64,000 nt of DNA from the NCBI GenBank assembly GCA_951406725.2, contig OX597816.1:68820001-68884000 (forward strand), in the 5' to 3' direction. The notes beneath the pieces were generated by a model. It was given only the letters and a program-made list of their open reading frames with translations, did not search any database and was not told where the DNA came from. The DNA comes from Octopus vulgaris. Lineage: Eukaryota. The translations under genes and the position numbers were made by a program. Position 1 is the stretch's first letter. Each line of letters starts with the position of its first letter. Shown here one piece after another: positions 24,655 through 37,629 of this stretch.

Positions 24655-25975
24655 TGAATTTAACTAGTTTCAGCTTACGAGCAGTGACCATGCTGGGGCA
24701 CCGCCATTTGGTGTTGCTACATAATTTTTACTTCACTAATCCTTTTACAAACTTCAGATTTGGTGCATGAGAGAGTTTGATGCTGCTGCCCTCGTTTGCA
24801 CTTCCTGCTGTGAAGTTGTTTGTTTCATCTAGGACCCTTGACAGTAAGAGATCTAGTTTTCTTTTGAAGACATCTACATCCACTCCATATAGTTCTCTCA
24901 GTTCCTTCGGGAGGATATGGAAGAGCTGCGGGCGTTCGAAGCCAAGACTATTGCAATATCTTGTCCTATATTCTGGTGGCAAAGTTGGAGTCTTTAACAC
25001 TATGTAGTGACGGCCTCTTCTAGCGTTACTGTAACTATCAATCTCAATGTCAAAGTTTAGGACAAGTCTCTCCAGAATCTTCCAGATGTATATTACGACA
25101 TATCTTTCCCGCCTACGCTCCAGGGAATAGGATCTCAATCTCTTGAGTCTTTAACAGTAGCTTATATGCTGCATAGATATTATCTTCTTCGTGTATCTAC
25201 GGTGGATTGCCTCAAGTTCTACAATTAATTTCACACTGTTTGGTGACCATAGCTGGGCGCAATAGTCAAAGCGGATTATGACAAATGTCCTCCAGAGACC
25301 ATTATGGTTTCCTGATCTCTTGTTTTAAAAGCTTTAAGAATCCATCCGGTCAGCCGCCTTCATTTCATTGCCAGCTTAGCAACATCCACATCGAAGGATG
25401 CATCATTACTCATGTAAATGCCCAGGTCTCGCACTGACAGTGTCTCTGGAATTGCAATCCTTCCACGTCCAGTTTATTCAAGTGGTATTGTATTTAGTTT
25501 TGCTTGCTGTTAGCATAGGGCTTGAAAGTTTTCAGTATTAAACTGCATGCTGTTCTTCGTATACAACTTGTATATTTAATCTAAATCACGTTGCCGGTGC
25601 ATAAAGTCTTCAGGGTTCTATATTTGTATTATCTGAATAAATTGTGATCGTGGTTCTCTGTGTGGCTGAGGGCATATCTGAGAAGGACATTATTAACAGT
25701 AGTGGTCCCAAAACAGTGCCTTGCAGAACACCACTCATTATTTGCATGCCATTAGAGGTGGTCCCATTGGCTTGTACAGTTTGACTTCTGTCCTTCAGAA
25801 AGTTATGCAGCATTCTCCCAATTTCCCGACAATACCGAGAGCACAAAATTTGTGACATATCATTCCATGATAGATATTAGTCGAAAGCCTTTGCAAAGTC
25901 GAGTTATATCAAATCCATATCTCAGTGGTTGAGCAGCTGTTACTACACCCAGCCAAAGTGTTCTAAGAGCTGAGT
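24655..25975 (-). pseudogene. CR1-type LINE reverse transcriptase, 5' truncated, with 3' UTR
   Basis: DFAKAFD, SGVLQGTVLGPLL and SLERRRERY...FKRKLD motifs, with stops and frameshifts. Confidence 0.85.
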
Positions 25976-25979
25976 CTTC

Positions 25980-26036
25980 GTCTTCTTCTTCATTTACTTC
26001 TTATCATCATCATCATCATCATCCTCATCATCATCA

Positions 26037-26119
<83 letters not shown>

Positions 26120-26120
26120 T
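25980..26120. repeat. (TCA)n/(TTA)n microsatellite
   Basis: Directly visible. Confidence 0.95.
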
Positions 26121-26295
26121 AAAATTTGGTGAGCTGGCTAAATTGATAACATACTGGCGTTTCGTCCGCCTTTACTTTCTGATTTCGAAACCCGCTGAGG
26201 TTCATTTTACTTTCCATCCTTCCATCGACTTACCTCTACTGGAAATTTCTGGATTCCTATCCATAACAGAAACGATTATTATTATCATTATTATT

Positions 26296-26840
26296 GAGTG
26301 AGAGAGCAGTCTATGCCATCAAAGTGACACTAGGGTAAGATATACGAAGCCCAGTATACCAATCATGAATACCCGTCTGATAAGGGTACACCAGGCACAT
26401 GCATCACAGCCATATGTGTACGGTATGGTGATCTCATATCAAGATAAACAGCACATGACCTTGCAGGTGGGGCCCAGTTACAACCTTGTTCAGGTCAAAT
26501 AGGCCGTTCCGCTCAAAAAGTCCCTGAACAAAGGTTATTTAAGGCTGTTTAACGAAACACCCATGATTTCAGAGGTCAGTTATTGAAACGCCATAGAATT
26601 TCTCTCAGCAAATGGCTATGATGCACAGCCACTACTTCTGCTCTTGATAAGAGATGCACATATAGCCAGATACTAAGTGACATGCTCAACTGGTTACGGT
26701 CAAACAACTGACAAGCAAATCTGTGGTATTGAGCAGAATATTTGCTGAAATCCAAGACAAAACAATGTATATGATAGAACTCCCAATCAGTTAAGATCGG
26801 AAGCCATGAGAACCATTGTCTAGTACTGCATCAGGGCATG
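26296..26840 (-). mobile_element. ~550-bp non-coding dispersed element associated with (TAA)n
   Basis: Full-length reverse-complement homologue of 61134-61710. Confidence 0.8.
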
Positions 26841-26904
26841 TATTATCATCATCATGATAATAATAATACTAATTATTATTATTATTATTATCATTATTAT
26901 TAAA

Positions 26905-27535
26905 GTAGAGTGCTAGCAGAAACGTTATCACACTGGACGAAATGCTTAGCGGTATTTTGCCCATCGAGCTGGCAGAGACGTTAGCACACCGGGCGAAATG
27001 TTTACCGGTATTTCCTCTGCCGCTACGTTCTGAGTTCAAAATTCCGCCGAGGTCGACTTTGCCTTTCATCCTTTCGGGGTCGATTAAATAAGTACCATTT
27101 ACGCACTGGGGGTCGATATAATCGACTTAATTCGTCTGTCTGTCCTTGTTTGTCTCTCTGTGTTATTGAGCAGAATATTTGCGGGAATATTGTGGGAAGT
27201 AAAGAAATAGGTATTTCGTTTGCCGCTACGTTCAAATTTCGCCGAGGTGGACTTAGCCTTTCATGCCCTCGGGGTCGATAAATTAAGAACCATTTACGCA
27301 CTGGGGTCGACGTAATCGACTTAATCCGTGTGTCTGTCCTTGTTTATCCTCTCTGTATTTAGCCCCTTGTGGGTAGTAAAGAAATAGGCATTTTGCCCAT
27401 CGCTAGGTTCTGAATTCAAACTTTGACTTTTATCTTTACAGGGTCGATAACGTAAGTACCAGTGAAACACAGGTCTCGATGAAACACTGGGTTCAGCTAC
27501 CTCAAAATTTCAGGCCTTTTGTCTATAGTAGAATC
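26905..27535 (+). mobile_element. SINE family B tandem multimer (3-4 units)
   Basis: Units restart at ggtatttc after aaagaaata at ~27210 and ~27388. Confidence 0.85.
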
Positions 27536-27537
27536 AA

Positions 27538-27602
<65 letters not shown>

Positions 27603-27840
27603 GTTGCTGTTGTTGTTGTTGTTGTTGTTGTTACTGCTATTGTTAGTTATTATTTCGTCACAATATTCCTCGCTTGACGCTTCAGCAAAAAAACAAAAAC
27701 AAAAGGAATTAATAAATAAACATATATAAGATATAACAAATAATAGTGTTATTGCGTAATATATTGCTTAATGTAATGGAATTTATGTAACATGAAAACA
27801 AAGCAAAAATACATACGTACATATATTCATAGGTATATAC

Positions 27841-27874
<34 letters not shown>

Positions 27875-28599
27875 ATGCGTGCCTGTGCGCGCGTGCGCGT
27901 GAGTTGGTAAGTGCGTATGTAGGTAAGTGCTATGCATTGCGTATACAAATGTCGGGTGTGAAAGATAGGAAGTGTGAGAAACGTTGTTTTTTTAATCTTT
28001 TATGAAACTTGTTCACTCGGATCATATTGTTGCTCGGTAAATAATTGTTTCCTTTTATGAAACAACCTACTTAGATGAATGCCAGTTTAACAATGAACAA
28101 ATATATTTTCCCACAAACACACATAAATACATAAATACATATATATATATAAACATATATGTATGTATGTAAGTATAAGCAAATTCGATTATAACGCAAA
28201 ATAGGTAGGGTAGACCAATCAGTCACCTCAACTCTCAGCTTACATTGTGATGTCAATTAAATTATTGCCACGTTTGATAAAGGTGCTATTGAAATAGCGT
28301 TCAACGTGTTTCATCTTTATTGCGACTCTACCTGTAATATATGTGTCTACATATACATGCATCCATCGATACATACATATGTGCGTGTGTGTGTTTATTT
28401 CCATTTATATTTATAAAAGCAAGCATATACACACTAAAAAGACGTTAAACTAACATAAGCCAAGTACGTACATATGTGTATGGCTTGCACGTGTTTATGT
28501 ATATATATACATACATACATACATACATACATACATACATACATACATACATACATACATACACACACACACACGCACATATATATGTACACACACGCA

Positions 28600-28636
<37 letters not shown>

Positions 28637-28659
28637 CATAATATTCATATGGATATAGA

Positions 28660-28850
28660 TTCTTTTCTTTTAATGGTTTCAGTCATTTGACTGCGGTCAT
28701 GCTGCATCACCGCATTTTGTCGAACAAATCGACCACAGAACTTATTCTTTTTAAGCCTAGTACTTATTTTATCGGTCTCTTTTGCCGAACTGCTAGGTTA
28801 CGTGGACGTAAACACATCAACGTCGATTGTCAAGCACAGACATGCATTTG

Positions 28851-28933
<83 letters not shown>

Positions 28934-29108
28934 ATACACACGTCGAGCTTCTTTAAGTTTCCGTCTACTAAACTAAATCCACTCATAAGGCTTTGGTCAG
29001 CCCGAGGCTGTAGTATAAGACTTTTTACATGTGCTACGGTTTTAAATTGGACCCGGAAATATGTGGTTTGGAAGCAAGCTTCTTACCACGCAGACACTCC
29101 TGCACCTA
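28660..29108 (-). mobile_element. SINE family A, full length, with expanded internal (CA)n(TA)n
   Basis: rc of 30473-30860 end to end. Confidence 0.85.
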
Positions 29109-29426
29109 TGTGCATATATCCCTCCATATACAAACACACAAACGCGAACGTGTATAAGCTTACGTATTGTATACACACAAATATGTAGCATAAGTGTCCA
29201 TGACGTTTAACATAGAGTTTGTTTGCGTCTCTGCTTGTATATCCGCATCGACCTATCAACCTTGCTAGAATTTAAATATGTTACGGTAAAACGAACTCTC
29301 TAGTACGTATATATGTACAGTGACAAATATACCAACTCATAAACGTCCACGCATACACACTCTCTCTCACACAAACCTACACAGCAACATACATACACAA
29401 AGAATATACACAAGTACACGAACGCA

Positions 29427-29493
<67 letters not shown>

Positions 29494-29514
29494 GTATATA
29501 TATATGTGTATATA

Positions 29515-29585
<71 letters not shown>

Positions 29586-29592
29586 GTATATA

Positions 29593-29635
<43 letters not shown>

Positions 29636-29881
29636 GCACATTCATGTAAATCTATACGGTTCTATCTAACAATACGGTTCTATCAAACAATCTATTTATA
29701 TATATATTTATGAGCGTATATATGTATGTATGGATGTATGTATATACACATACACATACACACAGAAACACAAACGCACATGTATAAATCTCTTTATCTA
29801 TCAATATATATATCTATCTATCCATCTATGTATGTATCTGTCTGTCTAAATGTATGTATGCATATATATATATATGTATAC

Positions 29882-29916
<35 letters not shown>

Positions 29917-30472
29917 CATGTATATTTATATGTATATATGTGTATGTTTGTATGTGTGACGGTGTATTACCTATGTGTGTGTATGTTTAAAATATCTATG
30001 CAAGTTGTTATTTCATAAAGTCTGTAGGGTCTGTTAATATCGGTTAATATTTGTGATAAAGTGTCTATTACAGTTGAAAGAAATATGATTGATAAAAAAT
30101 AAAAATGTCACACTGAAAAACACAAAGGAACGCTTTACAGTTCAATCAATGTTGACTTCGCGCACGCCTACATTTCTGTTTTGTACATGACTGTGTGTGA
30201 ATATTTTTGCTAATATATATATATATTACGTGTGTGTGTGTGTTAGTGGGCGTTCTGAAGGAGAAAGAGAGAGAATGTAGTGTGACAGAGTGTGTACATG
30301 TGGTGAGGTATCTTTTACATTTGAGAATATAAATATCAGTGACTACCATGAAAAATAGTGAAAAGTACACTAAGGCATCGAAAATACTTCCATGAAAACA
30401 AAATTTGCAGTGCTTTATTTCATTATTAATACTGCAAACAAACAGAGTAGGTATGGTGGTCATTGTTTGGCA

Positions 30473-30860
30473 GGCGCAGGAGTGGCTGTGTGGTAAGGAG
30501 CTTGCTTACGAACCACATGGGTCCGGGTTCAGTCCCATTGCGTGTCACCTTGGGAAAGTGTCTTCTACTATAGTCTCGGACCGACCAAATCCTTGAGAGT
30601 GGATTTGGTGGACGGAAACTGAAAAAAGCCCATCGTATATATGTATGTGTGTCCGTGTTTGCTCCCCCCCCCCAGCATCACTTGACAATCGATGCTGGTG
30701 TGTTTATGTATCTGTAACTTAGCGGTTCCGCAAGAGAGTCCGATAGAATAAGTACTAGGCTTTCAAAGAATAAGTCCTGGGGTCGATTTGGTCGACTAAA
30801 GGCGGTGCTCCAGCATGGCCGCAGTCAAATGACTGAAACAACTAAAAGAGTAAAAGAGTA
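30473..30860 (+). mobile_element. SINE family A, full-length reference copy
   Basis: A-box-like TGGCTGTGTGG, B-box-like GGTTCAGTCCC, short central TA/TG tract, tail ggcggtgctccagcatggccgcagtcaaatgactgaaac plus (TAAAAGAG)n. Confidence 0.9.
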
Positions 30861-31369
30861 TGTGGCTTAAATTTGTTGGGGAATTTTTCCAAATTGCTTG
30901 TAATATAAAATCGAAATTTTTGCTACTCTTACAGACAACAACAATAACGGTAAGAAAGTCAACAATTGCAAAAAGACAACAAAATTCGACTGTCTCCTCG
31001 GGGAAGGCGAAAAGCTGTTTTCATCGTTGTAATTTTATAGTTCAAAATTTTCCAAAACAGCTGTAAAAGCAAAAGAGAGTAGCAGTAAAGATAATTACAA
31101 CAGCAGCGACCTCAACAACAACACCAACATAAATAAATAAATAAAATTATCAATAGCAACTGCAGGGCAATGGCAGCTAATGTAACCACTTTTGTAGCTG
31201 CAGAGGCGAAAGAAATAACGATAAAAATTGCAGTAGTAGTGGAAACACAGCAAATAAGCAAATACCATTTCTTTTGAGAAAATTGTCAAAATTTTCGATA
31301 TTGTGTCCGTCCATGAAAACATGCACATTTGGAAGAGTCGGTGAAACCCAGCAGACTTGAACAAGGAAA

Positions 31370-32290
31370 GAATACCCTCAATATACGCTCAACAACTTTT
31401 ATACTAAATAGAAGGAAAACAATTATGTACTTATGGTTATGTACGAAATGTCACAGACGAAACTGAATTCTATTTAAAAGTCATACGGCCAGAGTCTCAT
31501 TTTGTGATACAATATTATAATTTCGGACAGATTGAAGTTATTTTCCACTCGGTGACTCTAAATCAGAAGCACTCTCCATCTCGCAAAGAACTGATCATTA
31601 TTCACAGATGTACATATGTTTGGCAAAAAGAGGGGACAAAGTAAAAATGTCGAACATATCACCATAACTAGACTTCTGGTGTGTGGTGAAATGTGTAGCT
31701 TGGAAGAAAAATTACGAGCTGTTAAAAACAAATATTCGGAAAGGAAAATAGTTTTCCATGAATTTGGAGATTATGATTCTGGTGAAAGATGAGAGGCTAG
31801 ACAAAATCCCCGACTAACAGTGATTCCAGGATGAGAGCACCCGCACGTGGTAGTAGAAGATCGAAAGCCTCATTACTACAACTGTGGAGACACTTATCTC
31901 TTCAAGGCCCTTCTGTCGACAACAACAACAACAGAAAATGACAGTTGAAAGTTTCCACTACTGCCAACGTCACAACGTCGGCACTTCTACCAACAGTAGT
32001 AGCCAACAATTCGTAAATTCACAGCAATTACAAGAGTAAACCATTGCAGGAACAGTGGTTACAGTTTTAGCTCTAAGACTGGAATCCACATCTACAGCAA
32101 CAGCAAACAACAACAACAACAACAGTGGAAGCAACGGCAACAAAATAAACAGCAAATATACCACCATTAAAGGCAATCACATCACAGACAATAGCAACGG
32201 CAATAGAAAAGGCTCCAAAACGACAACAAATATACTGAAAGAGCAACCCTTCATTCAACGCATGTCCCCTGCCAGCTCATAGCATACCGA
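31370..32290 (+). pseudogene. Possible LINE ORF1 (gag-like) relic
   Basis: RLDKIPD...HVVVEDRKPHYYNCGDT resembles a decayed zinc knuckle; followed by ACA-rich low-complexity sequence. Confidence 0.35.
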
Positions 32291-32479
32291 TACGTTGCAT
32301 CGCGAGGTGTGTGAGAGAAGCATAAATGATAAAAGTTAAACATGAAAAGATTAAGTAACGAAAATAAAACACGCAAAAATAGAGAGACACAAAGATAAAA
32401 GGTTGATTATTAAGTGTCTAGAAACTGACTCAGTAACGTGTTGTTTTATTTTCAACTTGCCAATTCTACCACTACTTCA

Positions 32480-32810
32480 AAAACTCATGTTCTGTTCAAA
32501 TAGAAAGCCACATAAAATATCTGACGTGGGCCACTCAAATTATAGACATATTATCCTATTATCAATCTTATTGTATGGTACTTATGAAACCTAACAGTAG
32601 ATGGCTTTGCCCGTCGTTCATAGGAAATATTAGGTAAGTGTCAAGTGAAACGTGGCAGGAAACAAAATGCTTCCTTATAAATATCAACAGTATCTATAAT
32701 GCAATCTTGTGAAAAACTGACGGTCTGCATGTTGGCCTGGAATGCGAGAAAAGCAATTCTAAAACCACATTCTTGTTCGGGGTAACTATGACAATTTTTA
32801 TGTTTACAAC
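32480..32810. pseudogene. Possible RTE-type LINE RT scraps on both strands
   Basis: Plus strand YRHIILLSILLYGTYET; minus strand YPEQECGFR. Confidence 0.35.
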
Positions 32811-34635
32811 AGCTTGGTGCATTGGTGAACATTCAATGGTGTTGGAGGGTATAAAGATTAAGGTTGCTCGTTTAGAAAAAGTTATCCGACAGGAAGACTG
32901 GAAGCTAAAAGCTGTAAGTATTCCAGAATTCCTGAATAAATTCATTAAGTGCATAATATATTTCATATTCTGTTTTCAAACCATCCTCTGTTCGACCACA
33001 CATTTTGTCATTTCATAATCTGTGACTAGTAAAAGATAGCAGCTATAAAACGATATCAGTTGATTTTGACTGCACAATATTTCATTTAAAATTTGGTCAT
33101 ATCTTCATGATTGTTGAGGAAGTGAATCAATAATCACCAATATAGAAATAAAACCTATACACTGAACGAAATTATATAAATCAGCCGAAGTTTTATAATC
33201 ATTTATATACAGAAACATAAGCAGCTTGTGATAATTGTAAGTTATCTATATTATCTATATATTTTATGATTCCGTACTTTTTGTGAAATTTAATTATATT
33301 TCAAAGACAGCAGAATGCCATCGGCTGCTTATTTTCGAAGACATTTTGATCGTATATGATTATATATTTAATACGAAAATACAAAATGTGTGTATTTGTA
33401 TAGTCCTATAGCTATATATATATATGTATGTGTGCATATATATATATAAACACACGTGCACAAATAAAGAAAAGAATTGAATTTGTTGTATTTCTAAAAA
33501 GCACACAAACACATCAAGAAAGAAAAAGAGATTAAAACATTAACCATCGGCCTCATATAGCGATTGACTACAGCATTTCATAGAAGCTATCGATGTGGTA
33601 ACAGATAATCATTTAGTAAGTCTGTACCTCGAGCAATTTTTGATTTCCGATTGAATCTTATGTCACTGATGTACTCGCGAATGGCATTTTCATCACAAAA
33701 TATCATTTATATCTCCCAACATTATAGACAATTTCAAAGTGTCTAATATTTCACTGTAATGAGACGTGCCATAGACTGAAAGTAAACAATTAATTTAGAA
33801 GCATATTAACACCGCCATCATCTCAGTTCCGTATCTCTACACTCTGTTTTACAGTGGCTACAAAGGTCAGACTTTCTTTGAACAGGTAGATATATAATAT
33901 GATCAAACAAACTCCAAAGTGATTGGTATTGATCGTCGTTGGCAAGATTTGTTTTTATTTAGTAAAATCGATAAAAAGTGTGTCGTGAAATTGACTTGTG
34001 GTGTAGAAAATCCCAAGTTTCGGTCACAATTCTTATTCAGAGTCAACTTGAAAGGACTGACGAGATAGTTTTGTTTCATTTCGAGGATGTGAAACGCTGC
34101 TGTCTCTCATTAATTTCTCTCCTGTTAAGATTTTCCTGAAGTCTTCTGCAGGAAAATGCTTCCACTCACCACAGGTTCACTGTATTCTTTCGATTGATTT
34201 TACTAGATCTATAATATCCGAAAAATGGGATTGTAGGTACATTTATTTCCTTTCCTATTCTTCCCTTTAATATATATCGATGTCAAAATCCTCTCCTAAA
34301 TATTTCACATTTTCCTATCCAGTACCATCAGCAACTCATTTCTACGGCTGAGTGAACTGGAGCAACCTGAAATAAAGTGTCTTGCTTCAGAACACAACAC
34401 GCATTTGTGTTTCATCGGAGGAAGCCCCGTTGGCCACCACTACCAGACTTGTTTCTTATATATATATAACCGAAGACTGTTTGATTTCATTATTTCCCCT
34501 CTTCTTTGTTTGCCTGTGTGAGTTCCAGAGAGGATTATCTATGGAGTCATATTTTGAAGCGAAAAGAAATAACGGTCTTTTGGCTGCTATTTCTAAATTT
34601 TTCGGTATGTAGTTAAGCAACTTGTTGCTAAATCC

Positions 34636-34673
<38 letters not shown>

Positions 34674-34831
34674 GTGTGTGTGTTTTCTTTTACTATTTCA
34701 TAGTTAGTGCACGGTGATCGCTTATAAGCTTTAAGCTTATAAAAAAATTATATTTATATTTATAAACACACGCGCGCACACGCACAGACACACTCACATA
34801 CACACACACACACACACATACACACACACAG

Positions 34832-34898
<67 letters not shown>

Positions 34899-37629
34899 AA
34901 CATAAACGCTCAGATATGTAGTTATAGGTTTGTAGGTGTATCTGTAACGACGGTGCATCGTGTAATGACGTTTAGATAAAATTTTCGTGTTTAAAAAGGA
35001 TATATTTCATAATTTGGCTCCATTGATATCTCAGAGTGAATTTATTAATATAGAAATGAAGCTTTAACAGGAATGTTTTTAACGAATGAAATGCTATTTC
35101 CATTTTAATACTTGACAGTTTGTTTCTCCTCGCTAATATCTGAGACATTTGAATATTATATTTCAATTATGAAAACCAAATGAAAAATATCAGGCATTCT
35201 TCCATTTCGGAATCAGCATAACAAATATATGTCTGTTAAGTTATTTTTATTTCTGAAAGCATTTTAAAGTGTTTAATATTACCATATTTCACTTACAGTT
35301 ATGCAAATAGAAACCTTATATAATTGCAACAACCACAATATAGATAATCTTATTACGTTTTAGATGTATTTATAACTTTACAATGTACAATTTTATTCTA
35401 GCAGATAGCTTCATTTGCCTAATATATACGATTCGTAGGAGTTTTAATTAAATTGCTCAATATTGCCCACTCTATGGAAGTATGGTATCCGAAAATATTA
35501 GGTATTTTATGAAATAAGAAACATAAAAATAGTGAAATTTATGTAGTTTTAATGAACAGTAATGGTGAGTAAAGAGGAATTTTAGCGCAATTTGTCACCT
35601 ATTCAATGATCGACTGTATTAAAGGTCTTCGAAAAGCGGAAATGTAACTCATCCACGCATCAATCGTTAAGTAAATCTTCAGCAACAAGTGTAATTTTGT
35701 AGAATTTGTGTGAAACAATGTCTTACGAGCTGAAAGCTGTTTTCGTATCCGTTCACAAGTAATTTTCTTCTTAGGAACTGATTTGCTGAATTTGTACGTT
35801 GAGAATCGGTCGTTATTGTATGGTGCTTACGTTATTTGCTTATATATCTTCATACACACACACACACACATATATATAAATACATATATAACTTGAAACA
35901 CTTGTTTCCTTACTCCCAAAGCTCAACGACTGACCACTTGTGAATTCCTTGTCACTGCCTGGAATCAAATCTTAAGGTTTGTAGGCCGCACTCTTAACTA
36001 CTACGCCATATGCCCGCGGGTAATTGTGAAGTGAATATTAGGGCTTATAAATCTAATATTTTTCTATCCTTCCTTAATATCGGTTCCCATATGTTCCTCA
36101 TATCTGCACTCGGTCTGCTTAGGAGGTTGTTGTGTCCTAGCATACGTGCTGCTTCTTTTAGTTTTCGTATTTTCCAGTGTTTTCTCTGTCTATTATTTTA
36201 ACATCATGCCACAAGGGGAGGTGGTCCTCATTTTACATGCGTGGAAAATAAAATAGGAATTTTCATAAGAACTTTCTATAAAACTATGTTTTAAACATCG
36301 AATGACCATGAAGCTCCACCAAAATAAAATAGTAATCAAAGTGGTCCATAGATAAGACATTGTTAAGTACCCCTACAGTTTAGATGATTTTTACAAAACA
36401 CCATCTTTAATGATTTAGCCAAATTCTGAGTGATTGGAAGAGACGAATATAATAGCGTAAGTGTAATTGACTATTACTATATCGATGATGAAATAATTAA
36501 AGGCAAAGTTGATCTTGGCAGGATTTAAATCTGTGCGTCGAGAGCGGCAACAAATACCTCAAGGATTATATCCGCCAATTCACCGCCTTTTTGAAACATT
36601 AACAGAATCTAAATAAAGAGAAGGCCAATCTGCTACCTTGGCACGGGAATCGTTAATTAGAATACATTCCTATTAACCTTTAGCTTGACACATTAATCTG
36701 CTAATTATGTTAACCTTTCATCTTCCCTATCTTGGCACCTCTCGATATGGTAGGATATTCATTGCGAGAAATATCGTTGAATTCCCTTCTAATTCAGCTA
36801 GGATAGCGCTTTTAATTATTTCTTATACAATCAATGTAATGTTTTAGTAAACTTTTAAATATATTTTTTTTACGACAAATATGTAATAACGTTTAATATA
36901 AAAGGCTGTTTTATTCCACTATGTACGACAATAAATATTAATAATTAACAGAAATGGAATTGATGCAGCTGTTTTCAAATATTAAATTCTTATAGCTCCA
37001 TTCAATTATCATTACATAAATCATATTTTATGATTCGTCAAGTGCTGAAATAAATATATTCAGCAGTTTATAACTAGCTCATTTTAGCAAATGCTGCCTT
37101 TATGTTATTCTAGCTTCCTTCTTTTGTTTGTGTGTTCTCAAAAATATTAATTGATAACTGCGGATATGGCTGTCTGATTAAGAAGCTGGTTTTGCAACAA
37201 CTTGCTTTCGGTTTGAGTTCCAATGCGCTGCATCTTGGGCAAGTGACATTTAATATAGACATTTAGTATGCAATGCTTTGTGAGTGAATTTGATAGGCAG
37301 AATGTATGTGGGATCCAGTCGTAGAACTCGACTGAGGATAGAAAACTTAGAATGACCCGTCCTTGTTTTTCTTTGTAACGTCTGTCTGGATGTTTTGCGT
37401 TCTTGTCACATTTTTGTATTTTTAAATATAAAAATATAGCGGCGTACGTACACTTTGATCTTTTATATATATATATCTGCTTCTTACTTCTTTGTTACCT
37501 ATTTAGTTAAAGGCAAGCCAGTGTAAACCACGAGTTTCCTATTGTTATTATATCCATTTTCTTTTCTTATACATACACACATACACACACACACACACAC
37601 ATGCACACACACACATATATATATATATA

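Noticed and set aside
30473-30550. tRNA genes at SINE heads (also 8928 and 50722)
   Set aside because: A/B boxes are present but there is no full cloverleaf, and the sequence continues into SINE bodies
34050-34110. CTGACGA...GAAAC...GTC hammerhead-like string
   Set aside because: Helices I and II pair poorly and it is not in a TA-flanked element; could be chance
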